From: Setoptus koraiensis
Taxonomy: Eukaryota; Animalia; Arthropoda
Assembly (NCBI GenBank): GCA_048013815.1
Contig: CM106585.1
Location: 16,182,001-16,246,000 of the forward strand
Length of the DNA stretch: 64,000 nucleotides
Direction of reading: 5' to 3'
Shown one piece after another: positions 39,540 to 52,535 of the stretch (position 1 is the first letter of the stretch; every line of letters starts with the position of its first letter). Position numbers and translations under genes: made by a program. The notes under the pieces were generated by a model. That model worked only from the letters and a program-made list of their open reading frames with translations. It did not search any database and was not told where the DNA came from.

Positions 39540-41454
39540 TGTGTGTGCAACAGAAACAAAACGATCTCGCTGCACCATTGATGGTAGCATCAACATTATA
39601 TATCATTTATTTTTTCAAACCAACCAGTGATGTATCCTGTCTCTGTTCCATCTCTCGGCTGGCCCCTCTGCCGCTGGCTGGCTCGCTTATCTCGAGGCCC
39701 GCTACCCATTGGCACCACCACCGACAGCACTAGCTTACCAGCGCGCGCGCAAACAAACACACACACACACACACACACAAATCTAAACGCTTTGCTAGCC
39801 ATTCTTCCCTATACTATTAATATCTAGACTATTGTATTGATTCGTCTTCGTTCATTTCTCGTCGTCGCCATTGATCTCTCCTTGTGGCCCTCTACCCACC
39901 AACGAATCCTGTCTGCTTGCATGTTGCAACTTGCGGCTCTCTCTTTTGGCAGTTTCGACGGGCGCTTCGACAATCGCCAACTGGCGGCTTTGGCTATCAC
40001 CAGCGGCCTGCTGTTGGGCATGTGCACCAGAAACGGCTCGATGGAGGCCATTCTTTCGAGACACACGCACACATAGGAGCGAGCTGGTAAAAATGTTTTT
40101 CTCTGTTTCCCACCATCAATTGGCCTACATGAGCCCCCTGCTCGATGGTCTGGGCTCTCGCTGGCCGGTTGTGCACTGCAGGCTTGTAAATCTTGGAAAT
40201 TGTACAGAGCTCAGACAGAATGAGATTTGAGCATGGCCAGCCGAGCAGCCAGCCACTGGCCCGGTCGGCCAGCCAGAGGGGGCGAAGAAAAAAATTTGTT
40301 CAATTGGGCCAGCCGAATTGTGTGTGTGTGAGTTTGCGCACTCATTTAGTCGCCGCTGCTGATAAGTTTTTGAGCTTGGCTGGCCCGCCAGCCGCGATCC
40401 GTGAGCCCCCCCTGCCCCTGCCCACCAACAGAGCCCGTAGGCCATAAGCAGAGTGGGGCGCCATGTTTGCCTACAATTAATAAGTGGGATTCTAACTAAG
40501 ACCACCCCCATGGTTACTATTTCCAGTTGTGCTGGCAGTTTTGCTGGTAGTGCCGCTATTTTTTGCTGTTCTTCTTGACTGGCGCTGGCGGGCGCTCCTC
40601 CGAAGCTCCATTGTGGTGTGCATGTGCAGTGCACTTTGATGATTAGCCTTTTTTGCTCCCCCTGTAGTGGCTGTCATTGTTGTTGTTGTTGTTGCTGTTG
40701 TTGTTGTTGCTGCTGCTGTCGTCGCCGTGCCTCATTCGAATATCTAGACACAGCACAATTGGTAAAACTTCTTGACACCTTTGAGCCGGCTAATTTGGTC
40801 TCTGCTCTCGTGCCGTTTCTTTTCCTTTGGTCTGATTACAGACGAGACAACAATGGTGTCAATGGTGCTCAGCGCAAAGGACTCTTGAGTTGCGAGAAGA
40901 GCCGATTGGTGTCGGCGAGATAGCACTCCAACTGATACACACTTGAATGATGGGGCCTTGTAACTCTAATGGAGCAGCAGCAGCGCCAGTTGAAAGTCGT
41001 ACAGTGCCAGTGTGGGCGTATGAGGCAGCGCGACTTTTTTCTGTTGTTGGTGTTTCCATCCAGCGTGTATCTCTCTCTCTGGCGACACACTAATTTGTAT
41101 GATCAATTGCCATTTTGCGATGGCCCTTCACCAAGACACTGGTGCCAGGATTGCGTCGCACGCTGACACAGGCCGCGCTCATGAGGGGCCCGGTCAGAAT
41201 TGTTTCTTTTTGATTGGATTGGCAACTGGGGCAAGCGAGCGCCGGCAGTGAGCGAGGCGCTCTATTCCAGTGAAAAGTTGTTAGTGGAACATGGAAATTG
41301 CGTGTCGTGTTGCGATGATCCAATGAATTGCGCATTGCACACGCTGACTCTGTTGAGCAACCCAACGCGCCCGCTGACAGCGGACAGCCACCGCTGCACA
41401 ACCGTTGCCCGTTCTGTTGCCCCCGCTGGGTCGCCCGTCCCCAGAGCGGCTGAC

Positions 41455-41526
41455 GATTTTTCATCTGATGAGAGCGGGCCCCGCTCTTAGGCGCGCTGTC
41501 ATCGTCGGATCATCAGATGAAAAATC
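41455..41526. repeat. 17-bp perfect inverted repeat enclosing a GC-rich near-palindrome
   Basis: GATTTTTCATCTGATGA (41455-41471) and TCATCAGATGAAAAATC (41510-41526). Inner near-palindrome AGAGCGGG-C-CCCGCTCT at 41471-41487. Confidence 0.9.
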
Positions 41527-42408
41527 CAGCGGCGCGCCGGTTATGGATATTTAATTTGAATTGAAGCGGGGCAAAAGGGACAAAGATTTAAAAATAGCAA
41601 CTGGCCAAAAATAGGCACCCACAACAACAAGCGCAAACAAACAAAAAACGGCCCGCCGGGCCCCATTGAGAGCGCACGCCGATGCGAGCGCCGGTGCGGC
41701 TGTGCGCGGCAGTTGGCTGCACACTCTAGTGCACGCGTGGCGGCGGGCGGTTCCGTCGGTTACGTCGGTTGCGTCGGCGAGCCCGGGGAAGCCAGAGAAG
41801 GGGCAGCGCTGCCGTTTTGGCGCCTGGGCGAGCTCGACGATGCCGGCCAGGCGGCTCAGTTATTGCAAAACGATTATTTGGGGCTCTAGGTGGCGACAAG
41901 GTTGCCGCGAGCGCAAAGTGGGCCCGTCATCAGTTGCCCGTTTAGCTGGCTGTCAACAGTTTGCCGAAATGAAAAATGTCAGGCCGCCGTTTGGGGGCCT
42001 CTCTAAGTGGACTGATAATGATTGTTTCACCTGCAGCGGCGCCACGTGCGCCGCTGCAAGCGAAAGGGCCCCCTCACTGAGGTGTGCGCACCGCGCAAGG
42101 TCACCCGGGCCCCGTTGGCTGGGGCGCGCGGCAGCCGAGCCGCCGGCCCGGACTGCAGCCAGCGGTGGCCGCCGCGTGCGTGTGCGTGCTTTATATTCTG
42201 GCCGCCGCTCTCGGCCACAATATTCCGCTCGGGCAATATTGTGCGTGTATTCAGGGCATAAACTTGTGAGCATAAACTCGCGCTTGATACACTCCACCGT
42301 TTGCCCGCTGCATACACTGTACTATACAGTGACTGTGCTATACAGTCTGTATATCATGCAGCGAGCGGCCTAGCGATATTCTGCCTGGACATTCTGGAAA
42401 ATCATTAA

Positions 42409-42448
<40 letters not shown>

Positions 42449-42876
42449 AGCAACAAAAACGAATTGTGAGCGCCCAAATTAAAGTTATTCAAGGAACGTA
42501 GCGGGCTGGCCGGCCGCCGCACGGCGGCTTAATTGAACGGTCACCTACAGCTGCGGCTGGCACTGTCTGCGCGCCTTGATTAAATTGACCGTTCAGGCCG
42601 ATCGTGGACAAAGATAACGATATGCATTGGCGCCACATCGGGGCCCCTCCGCATCGATTGGTGCCCGGCCGCCAGCGAGGGCCGCTGCGGCCGGGCACAC
42701 GCTGCGCACTGGCCGGGCATTGGCCCAATGTGGCGGGCGGCACCGGGCCATATCAGCGATATGATATCGCTGGGCAGGAATCAAAAATAAATTAGTCGCA
42801 CACCTAGCGACACACTGTATATAGTATGGACTATATGTAATATAGCTGCCACTCCGACGACGGCCGCACGCCGTAT

Positions 42877-42917
<41 letters not shown>

Positions 42918-43705
42918 ATGACACACAATGCACATGATATACAACAAAGCGGGCCCCGTTTGTGGGCATCGGGGCTACCGTGTGGCTCGCCGGCCACTGC
43001 ATTAGCACTGTGTGCGACGGGGCCCGATCCATATCTTGCGCGCCCCGTCCGACGTGTGCATTGTTGCGCCGCGCATCGCTGGCCGGTGGCCGCGACTCGC
43101 CGGCCCGCAACCCACAGCGCAACACACAAGGCGACACAAGGCGACACAAGGCGACAGACGACGCAATAATGCACGCGCTGCCGTGAAGGACCCGCCAGAC
43201 GGCGCCCAAAAGTACCAAAAGTGCCCAAAGTGCCCATGGCGGCCGGAGCGGCCAGAGTGAAGGAAGTGTTTGTGTGTGCGTATTTTATTTTTATAACGCT
43301 CCCAGCGCCGCCAGTGATTGTGTGCGCCGCCGAGAGCATGTAGCTACATACTAAACGGGCATTTATCGCGCGTTGAGAGCGCCCCATAAAAATTGAACCC
43401 AAACGGCCTTGGTGTCATTTCACGACCGTCCCCATTTGAGCGTGTCTAGCGCACACACAAGCACGCCGTCCGGCACTCAGGTTTGTATAACCTTCGAGCC
43501 CGCCAGCCAGTCAGCCAGCCAGCCAGCCAGTCAGCCAGCCAGTCAGCCAGCCAGCCAGCGACGGCTATCGCGGCGCTATCTCGCCAATCTGGCCGCGCGC
43601 CGCAAACCAGTGGCAACAAGCAGCGGCCAAGCGATACCGACCAGAGCTGTTGTGCGTTTGTGGTTGGCGCCTGCCAGGGCGATAGCGCACGACAAAAACC
43701 GACAT

Positions 43706-43724
43706 AACAATAACAACGACAACG

Positions 43725-43785
<61 letters not shown>

Positions 43786-43793
43786 CGACAATA
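43706..43793. repeat. (AAC)n trinucleotide microsatellite
   Basis: Read directly. Confidence 0.95.
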
Positions 43794-44840
43794 ATGTCTA
43801 CTACACATAATTGATTCTCTCATCCGTGGCTCGCCATTTCAAATGTGTGTCTCGCGCTTGGCCCGGCGCTACGTGGCTGCTCCACTGACTCGCCGCTGGC
43901 TGGTCGGTTGGCTGGCCGATTGTTCGGTCGGTTGCTTGGCTGGTGGCCGGCGAGTGAATTATTGCGCGAAAAAGATGTCTCGCCAGTGCAGCGCCAGCCC
44001 GGCCGGCAGCGATGACTTGCGGGCCGCGAGGCCCCAAGATAAGGAGATCACTCTTTCAACACACACGCAACTTGCAGTGTGCGCCGTTACTTGTGGGCCC
44101 CGGCGACCAGCGCCAGTGGGCAACCGCCCACCCGTGCCAGCCTCTGGCCTCAAATGGCGCTGGCCAGTCAACAAAGATCGAGCTCGAGAGGAGATCGCTT
44201 CTCGCGAACACACACACACGCACATCTCGGCCGCCGCTAATGAACGAAGCCCAACGGCTGACTAAACTCCAGTTAGTCGTCGGCCTGCCCAAGGCTCGGC
44301 GGCTTAACAGCCGCCCACTGCAAGCGCAAGCTGCAAGTGTGCGGCTAGAGGGGCCCGCATTGATTAAATCACTATTACTGGCTATTACTCATGCGACTAT
44401 ATGAGTGGCGCTGCTCGCCTACAAATGGCATTAATATCAGAGAGAGAGAGAGAGAGGCGAGCGAGCGTTATGATTTCTCCAAATTGACTTTCATGTGCTG
44501 CTAACGCGCGCGCGGCGCTGCAGCCCAGCCCGCCAAGACGCCAGTCGGCTATCGCTGGAGCTCGTTGCTATTTGCACCGGCGACGCTCGTTCCTGCTCGA
44601 GATTATCAACTGCTTTGCCTCGATATACAAGTACTGATATATACAAGTGCCCATGTGCCCACAGTCTACACACGCGCCCGACAGAAACTAACTACACACC
44701 AACAGCAACAGCAACAACAACAACGACAACAACAACGACAACAACAAAAAACAAAACTGAACGAAATACTGCTCGCATGCGGTGCTGTATCACTGCCACA
44801 ACCGCTTCTAATTGCAAACAAACGCGCGCACGCTGCTCAA

Positions 44841-44921
44841 TGATTTGATTTAGTTTGATTTGATTTGATTTGATTGGATTTAATTTGATTTGATTAGATT
44901 TAATTTGATTTGATCAGATTA
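44841..44921. repeat. Degenerate (GATTT)n pentamer array
   Basis: TGATT/TAGTT/TAATT variants at a 5-bp period. Confidence 0.9.
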
Positions 44922-45615
44922 GACCGGACCTAACCGGACCATCGAGCGGTTGCGTCGGCCAGCGCCGCCACTGGCCACGCACAGGCCACCCTCGGACCGC
45001 ATTAGGTCGAGGTTGCGGGGGTGTTGCGCCACTCTGCAGTGCTAACACTGGTACTGGCACTGGCCGCAGTGTAAAACACCGGCCAAGCTTCGCGCGCACA
45101 CACACACGCACGCACAAGCACGTTCTTCCAGTTGGCCAGGTATCGTTTGGCCAGATCGCGCCGCGCGATCACTTTTCACTTGACATTCTTGGCGCCTTCT
45201 CGCCGCGTTGATTGCTGTGAGCGGTCACCAGAGGCACCAACACACAAACGGAAAAAACTGTTACGAGATGATGGCTCATACACACACACACACACTGGGG
45301 ACCCGCTGGCTTCGAGCGTCTGAGCGGCCCACTTTTCTCGGCCCGTTGCCTAGATCGCAGACAGCGGGGATCTGGCGCAAATGCGCCATAATGCACTCAC
45401 ATTACAGTTAAACCCCACACAACTTTGTGTGCCATTGTATCTATCGCTGCTGCCTTTAGGGCTGGCTCGTGCCAATAGCGCTCGCCAATAGACAAATGAT
45501 TTGTACAATATCCAGATATCTAGATTGAGATTGCGAGTGTATGTGTGCGAGCGAGCGTGCGTGTGTGTGTGTGTGTGTGAGTGTGTGAGTGTGGTGCCAC
45601 CATTGTTGACCCCCA

Positions 45616-45660
<45 letters not shown>

Positions 45661-46235
45661 CAGAATGGGCATCGAATGAATAAATGAATCGCTCTAGATG
45701 GATTGAATGGTGGAATACAACGCGCATTCACATTCAAGTTGCTTGGCCAGCTCCGTGCAGCCAGAGAGCTCAATTCAAGGGGGCTCGCCACCACCACCAA
45801 GTCACTGGTGCAGCGAGAGAGCTGGCCGGAGCTAGCTGAATTTATTTATTGAATGAATAATAGATTCATCAATAAATTAGTTTGAGTTTGCCTACATAGC
45901 TATGCTTGCCAGACATTGTATAGCAGTTGGCTTTCATTCCCAGCCCAAGCAGCTCTGCTAGTCAATCGACTACCAGGGCTAGCTTGTTAAAGCCATCAAA
46001 CAAGAGCAAGCCAGCCTCGCGAGCGATCCAGACCTCCTAGATTCTCCTTCTCTCTGGCTACACACACACAAGCTACAAGACAGTCTCTATTACTACTGCC
46101 TAGTAGTAGCAATCTGTGGAATATGGCATTATCTGCAGCCGAAATCTGACTGGAGCGAAGTTCGAATCTTGGCATCAATCTTACATGGTAACGCGCCATG
46201 GATGATGCCACGTCCGAGATGGCCCACACACACAT

Positions 46236-46270
<35 letters not shown>

Positions 46271-47233
46271 AATACCTCCCTCGCAGGAACGGATAAGTCT
46301 TCTGATCTGTGATGCCTGCCAGCCATGATTCGTTGAGAGAGAAAAAAGGGGGGGGGGAGCGATATCCAGTAGAGTAACAAGAATCGCTTTTTGTTGCAGT
46401 TGTTAGTGGCGCTACAATTGCTGCCGCCGTAAGCTTCTCACTCTCTTGTCTACGTGGATGTGTTGCCGTCTGACTAAATGATGCGCTGCCACCACAGTGG
46501 AGGGCTCTTTTATCTGGCTCATAATGGATAAATAACTATCACCATTGACGTTAATCCAGAATAACAAGCATAATTTCGGCGCCCGTACACTGCTTCAGCG
46601 CTGTAACCCAGAGCGGCCTTTGAACATAAGAGCTTCACCTTCTTCCACCACAGAAGAATTGAATAAAGTGACTACGTTTCTTCTGCATTCGAGCCATCCT
46701 TGCATGTAATTATCACCCAGCGTCTACCTCTAACTTTTGCTCGTGGCGTCTTTTTCAGATGCCAGCAGCGAACGGAAGAGAAAGGGAGAGAGTTGACTCC
46801 GTTCTGGACGTATACTTCACGTATGATGCATAGATTTCAAAACCAGCCGCCGTCGACGAGAGACGGCCCAACTTATTGTTGGATGAGAATTTAGCACGTA
46901 CTCACGTTCTAAATTTGTTGGCCTGCCCGACTGTGGGGGCGGCCATGCAAATATTAACTGAGCAACGCACTGAAATGCCTACCAAACATTAAACATCAGA
47001 CAATCATAGGCTCTAATATACAGGATACAACAAAAATGATGGTGCATCTGATTCCTTCGACTCAAATATTGAATATTCAATACTCTGTCTAGACAGTAAT
47101 AGTGTAACTTGCATCTTGTTGGATATAGATGCGGACGCACCTCTGCTCTAGCGGGCTCATTATAACTGATACCAACTTTATTTCGTTTTGTGATAGATGG
47201 TCACAATTTAAAATCTCACAAAACTGTTTTACT

Positions 47234-48805
47234 TCACAGGGTGGTTTTAGATTCACTGCGTTGACTCTGTTCGATGCTGGAGTGATATATAACTACAGCA
47301 CAAACGATTATAAATGCACTAGCCGCCATGTAAAATAGGGAATATGTTATAATTGCTGTTACCTCTTTTGGTTTAGTCGAAGCCATCAATAAATGGTCAA
47401 TGACGTTCTGTGTAAGATTTACTGTTAGCTCTTGCCAGAACACAGGAAATAAAATCTCAGGCACGTTCCTAAATCTCACTAATCCTGGCGGTTTGCTAAT
47501 GGCCACATTCAATTGTACACGTGCTGCCATCTGGACGGGGGTGCCCGTTGTAGGCTCAACATTTAAGTAAAATTCATGAATACTTTTGTTTGGTTTGAGG
47601 CCTGTCACAGTAGTAGAATAATAAGGATCTGCATCTAAAAAATGTGGTAATGACATGAATAGTGGTGCGTTAAATTTACATGGTGCAATTGTAAAGACAC
47701 CCGAGGGCCATTCGTATCTAACACGATTATGGTTACCATATATACTGTTGCTATTGTTGCTGCTAAATGAGTTAGATGACGATGGCGTAGGCGGTGGCTG
47801 ATGTCGACTATCACTGTTAAAAAAACACGAGTTTGGTGGAAAATTTGTTCTATTTCTGAAGATATCATTGCTAGCTAAGAATCTTTTAGTCATCAAGCCT
47901 GATTCATGCTCATGTGTCCCATTGAGATCCATGCGCCAAACACGACAAAAATCTGGATGAAATAATTTCAAGGAATCTTGATCATCTTTAAGAGGTGGGA
48001 ATAGTTCGCCGTTGGAGGCACCGTCGATTGAATTGCACTCTGAGCCATTCCAAAAGGTTAGTGCTGGCTTCCCGTTATATTTAGTCATATGATTCAGTTT
48101 AAAAATGTCATCTTTGCCAGAATGAATCTCATAGGAACCATCTTCAGTATTGTTGCGCGCATTCATGTAGCCGAATTTGCCTCCTTGGCTCAACATTTCG
48201 GCATTCAAAAGAGGTCCAAATGTGGTTAGTAGATCTGGGTATCCATCAAATAGCATTTGCTTCACACTTCTCTTAATGAAGAATCCCTCGCTCAGTCCAT
48301 CGAGGGACAATGTTACGATGAGCCTCACCGCATTGCTGGCACTCTGTATCAATGTAAGTGTAATGGCTAGTGGAGCGTTCAATGTGGTAATCATAACTTT
48401 GTTATCTGCCACACTGAGCTCGCGTTCAAAATGCCAGGTTTTGTATTCCTTAAATGAAATAGTGTCATTATTATCATGGTTGACTATCTTCTTTTTCGTC
48501 CACTTTGAGCTATATGTGAATGGGCCTATCTCTTGTAGGTTGGGCTTCTCTCCAAATTGTTCAATTTCATTGGCATTAGTAATATTAAATAGATAGAATT
48601 TTTGATATATGGGAACAGGTAAATCTTTCCAAAGACTATATGATTGTGATGATGGTGTTAATTGGATTTGACTGTGAATGTACCTAGCTATAGACGGTGG
48701 CAACAGGTATAAATTTAGAAGTGCTAGGGCCAATAATGTGATGGACAACGCCGTAAAAATCTTCACCGAGGTGTAATGTAGGATGACTCTCACTATTTTT
48801 TCCAT
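47234..48805 (-). CDS. CD36 / scavenger receptor class B family protein, single exon, 523 aa
   Basis: TM helices at both ends. Motifs QEIGPFTY, MLFDGYPD, NNTEDGSYEIHSG, WNGSECNSIDG, FHPDFCR, CKFNAPLFMSLPHFLDADP, LNVEPTTGTP and FPVFW. Confidence 0.95.
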   Translation of the reverse strand: MEKIVRVILHYTSVKIFTALSITLLALALLNLYLLPPSIARYIHSQIQLTPSSQSYSLWKDLPVPIYQKFYLFNITNANEIEQFGEKPNLQEIGPFTYSSKWTKKKIVNHDNNDTISFKEYKTWHFERELSVADNKVMITTLNAPLAITLTLIQSASNAVRLIVTLSLDGLSEGFFIKRSVKQMLFDGYPDLLTTFGPLLNAEMLSQGGKFGYMNARNNTEDGSYEIHSGKDDIFKLNHMTKYNGKPALTFWNGSECNSIDGASNGELFPPLKDDQDSLKLFHPDFCRVWRMDLNGTHEHESGLMTKRFLASNDIFRNRTNFPPNSCFFNSDSRHQPPPTPSSSNSFSSNNSNSIYGNHNRVRYEWPSGVFTIAPCKFNAPLFMSLPHFLDADPYYSTTVTGLKPNKSIHEFYLNVEPTTGTPVQMAARVQLNVAISKPPGLVRFRNVPEILFPVFWQELTVNLTQNVIDHLLMASTKPKEVTAIITYSLFYMAASAFIIVCAVVIYHSSIEQSQRSESKTTL

Positions 48806-51800
48806 TTTGTGTTGCCAACTAATGACGGTCCTAATAAATTCGCTCGATGAACAATAATAATAAAATCAGGCACGAAAAATCATATCTCACCGAAGCCTGC
48901 GAACGCGCACATTGTTTTTGTTTGTGTTGTCGTTGTTGTTGTTGAAGTTGTTGTTGTTGTTGTTGTTGTTGTTATTCTTATTTTCAATTCTATTTTTGGT
49001 TTTGTTGTTGTGTGTCTGAAATCGTTTGTGTGTTTGTGCGCGGCGCGCCGAACGTCTCACATGACTTGGTCCAGAGGATAAACTTTAGTCAACAACTGCC
49101 AACAGTAGACTAATGGAAAGCAAATCTGTTGTTGCCTAACAGGTGGCTGTTGTATGTTAGCAGTAGCTAGTCTTTGTGGTGGTGGTAATAATGGCTGCGT
49201 TCAGATTTCAACCACCAGTTGTGTTGCAGTGTCTAATTGTTAGTTCCGCGTATCGAGCGCCTTACTGCCAAGGACACTGGTTGTTGTGTTCTTATTAGTA
49301 TCAGTTTGTATGATATTTTATTGGGTCCGTTGCTTTCGTTGTCACGATATGTTAATAAATTATATTGACATACTGCCTAAACTGTGTGTTTAGACAAACC
49401 ATTGGCAAACAATAATAATAACAACAGAGATCGCGCTTGTTGTGTCTCTGGAATCTAGATGATAATGGTCTCATTGATGTCTGACGCTCCAATCATTTTT
49501 GTCGAATAGTTGCTTGCATCAATTAATTGCACTTGTTCGGTGATTGATCGCTCTGATAATTCTCGAGTAAATGGTGCAATGCCGTCTGATCATTTGCTGT
49601 CGCTGATCGTTTGGAACGAGCGGATTAATGGAACGGTGATGATTCTTCGCCCGATTCTTTTTGGAGCGGGTCGGGCCTAGAAGATCCTGAATTTGATGCA
49701 ATTAAATTGGTAGTTTGCTTGCAATTGATTGATTGTTGAGATTGAATTAAGCGAATATAGCAACAACAATACAATAATAATAATAATAATATATAAATGG
49801 CAATAAATACACACGTATATCACGTTGCGATAGTTCGGTGTTGAGGCTGTCGGTGCAAATTCGCAAATGCTGCTCACCATCATCGCGCACCGTTGTTATT
49901 TGCTGTGGCACAACAGTGGTGGCCACACAAACAACGGCCCAATCGAACATTTGTGCTGCTGTGTGCTTGCGGTACCCGCGTTCAAAGAAAATACCCGATC
50001 GCGCTACGCACCCTTTACCGTGCGCGCCCGAAATGCCGTGGTGCGGGTCGGAGCGTCCCGATAACAACGACGAGCAACGAATGAAAAACAAAAAAAAATA
50101 GATACTGGCCATTGATTTGTCGAAGCCGTCGCGAAATGAGCCCCAAAAAACCAATTCTGGGCAAAACTGGGACACTGCGTACCCGACACCGCGTACCGAT
50201 GGAATGCGGTTTCAATGCGGGCACAGCGAACCGCACAACAAATAGAAGCGGGCTCACACACGCCGCTGTGCGAGCGAACATTCCATGGTGCTATTACGAT
50301 TACTTCGTTCGGTGTTTAGGCCGACTTTGCGCGCTCCAGCGCAGCCGAGACTCAAGCTCCGGTCAGTGGACACTCGGCGGGTTGCGCAACCAATGCGCCT
50401 GGCTCAGGTGCGCTACCCGGCCGGAGACAGGGCGCGCGGATCCGTTGCCGCGGTACATGCGCCGGTCAGCGGGCAAACACGGTCTGGCCGGAAGGCCTCG
50501 CTGTTTCTGGGGGGCGCCAGTCCGACGCTAAATGGCTGCTTGTGAGAACGGGCCGAGTGGGCGCGCCGCGGCGGATATTCGCAGCCAATACAATCATTGA
50601 TTCAACAGTAGCCGTTTCCAGTCACCCTTTTTACCTGTATCCACATGCATGCTGGCGTGTGCGTTTGTGTGTCTCGCCAATTGAGACCACTAAAAGTACA
50701 GTGGATAATATCGACTCGCTTGAGAGTCTAGCAAAGTCTAGCTGCAACTTAACCTTGATTTAGCTTGATTCAGCTTGATTTTCTGCAAGGCACACAACTC
50801 ATTTTACCTGGCCTGTTAGTTTGCTGCCTGAGACAGACATCGCACGGCGTTTTGTTGCTGTTGTTGTTGTCTAGTTGATCTGTACTGTGCCAGCTATAAA
50901 TAGCTGCATAGCTAAACGGGTTGCTTGTGCAAATTTTGGCTCTCGTTGCAACCACCTCTACTGGTTGCTCCAGTTTTTGTTCGCCGCACCACAACACAGT
51001 CAGTTCCTATTTCCTGCAGCTTGAAAAGTAATCCTACCTGCGTCAGTGTGTGCGCCTACTGACCCCAATTGGTGTGATCTTCCAAACACGGCCTTGCTGT
51101 GGCTTCACAATCAGCGGCCAGCATCGATTGGTTGTAGCGATGATTCGGAAATTCATTCATGACAACGCATAATTTAACTGTTGTTCAGTCGGCCCGGCAC
51201 GGCAGTCAAACTGCCAGTTTGCTTGTGCTCTGGTCACTCTTAACACCGCCATCAATAGATGTTCGGCAAATTGTGCTGAGCTACATTTGAGCTTCGCAAA
51301 AAACATGGCCTATGATGCGAATTGTTGCAAAAGGTTGTTGCGCAATCATAAAAAGTATCGATGCTGTGCCTCCCCCGCCCCGTTTAATGGCTCTGTGGCT
51401 AATTACTTGTTTTGCGATGATTGAATTTAACTGCTTGAGACCCGACTGCATACACCGCGGGCCGTGTGTTCATTCTACACTCTGCGGCACCGGTAGCCCG
51501 GTCGCTCATACCAGTGGCCCGCTGTTACCGGCTAGATGTCAGTGGTCGATGGAGGGAGATAGCAGCAAAACTTTGGTCAGATCGCGCTCTTGAATGTTGT
51601 TGCTGTTGATCATTATCTTTGCATTATCACTTCTCCTTTGTGTCTCGCTTACATAATGATGATAGCGAGCCGTCTGTATAAATAAATAGATATAATATAT
51701 ATTGCATAATGCGTGTTTTCATTGTGTGTGTGTGTCGGCGTTTATGTATTGCTCGATTTGCATATTCAGTTGATGGTGGCTCGATAAAAGTACCTCAAGC

Positions 51801-52485
51801 ATACTGTTTCGATCTTGGCCCGCTTCTCATGGTGCGCATGGTGCGTGTGTATGCACCAATGAGCACCTAGCTTGGAGTATAAAGTAATTTTAAATAGGAC
51901 GATGACTATTATCATCATCGTCACACACTTTACGATAGACAGAGTGTATAATCTTTTGCAACACCCCCTTGGACGTGTGCTCGGTTCTGGCTTCTAGCGC
52001 CCCTGTTGCCGAGCAGCCGGCACACCGACCAAGACACAGACACAAATTATACGCTGCATTGAGATGAGGGATGGCCCAACAATCAGGCAGCAATTGGTAC
52101 ATTGCATAACTAACCGATGTAAGTGTAAACACACACACACACACACACAACTATTTATAATGAAACTACCCATGGGTCGGCTTATGATTTCTTGGCTCGG
52201 CGATCACTATCATCGTCTTGTCTTGTGTGTTTGCATAATAGCTGTAATAGCGGGTCTTCAAGGAATGCAAAGAGCGAGAGAGCAAGAGTTTGCATTCGCC
52301 CGGCCCATACCAAACCAGTCGACAGGATTTTATTTTACAAGACAGGATGCTTCTATTTTGACTGTTCTTGTGGACCCATTGTAGTTTCATTACAAACCGG
52401 AACTCGGAACATAACTCTGGCATGGCGCGCTATCAGTTACGACAACAGAGGCCACTATTATACACTATATTATTACTATAGGTAT

Positions 52486-52535
52486 TGCCTGTCTATGGCC
52501 ACTGTGTGCCTGTCTATGGCCACTGTGTGCCTGTC
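52486..52535. repeat. Short tandem duplication of the 21-mer TGCCTGTCTATGGCCACTGTG (2.4 copies)
   Basis: Read directly. Confidence 0.9.

Noticed and set aside
41465-41490. CTGATGA followed by a GC stem, resembling a hammerhead ribozyme core
   Set aside because: The required GAAA after stem II is absent on both strands (TTAG follows on +), and no stem I/III with a UH cleavage site can be built.
35736-46380. Dozens of 60-270-aa ORFs in the track (poly-CV, HT, L, C, T)
   Set aside because: They are translations of (TG)n, (CA)n, (TTG)n and (AAC)n repeats or GC-rich stop-poor DNA. They overlap on both strands, often start at GTG/TTG, and show no recognisable domain.
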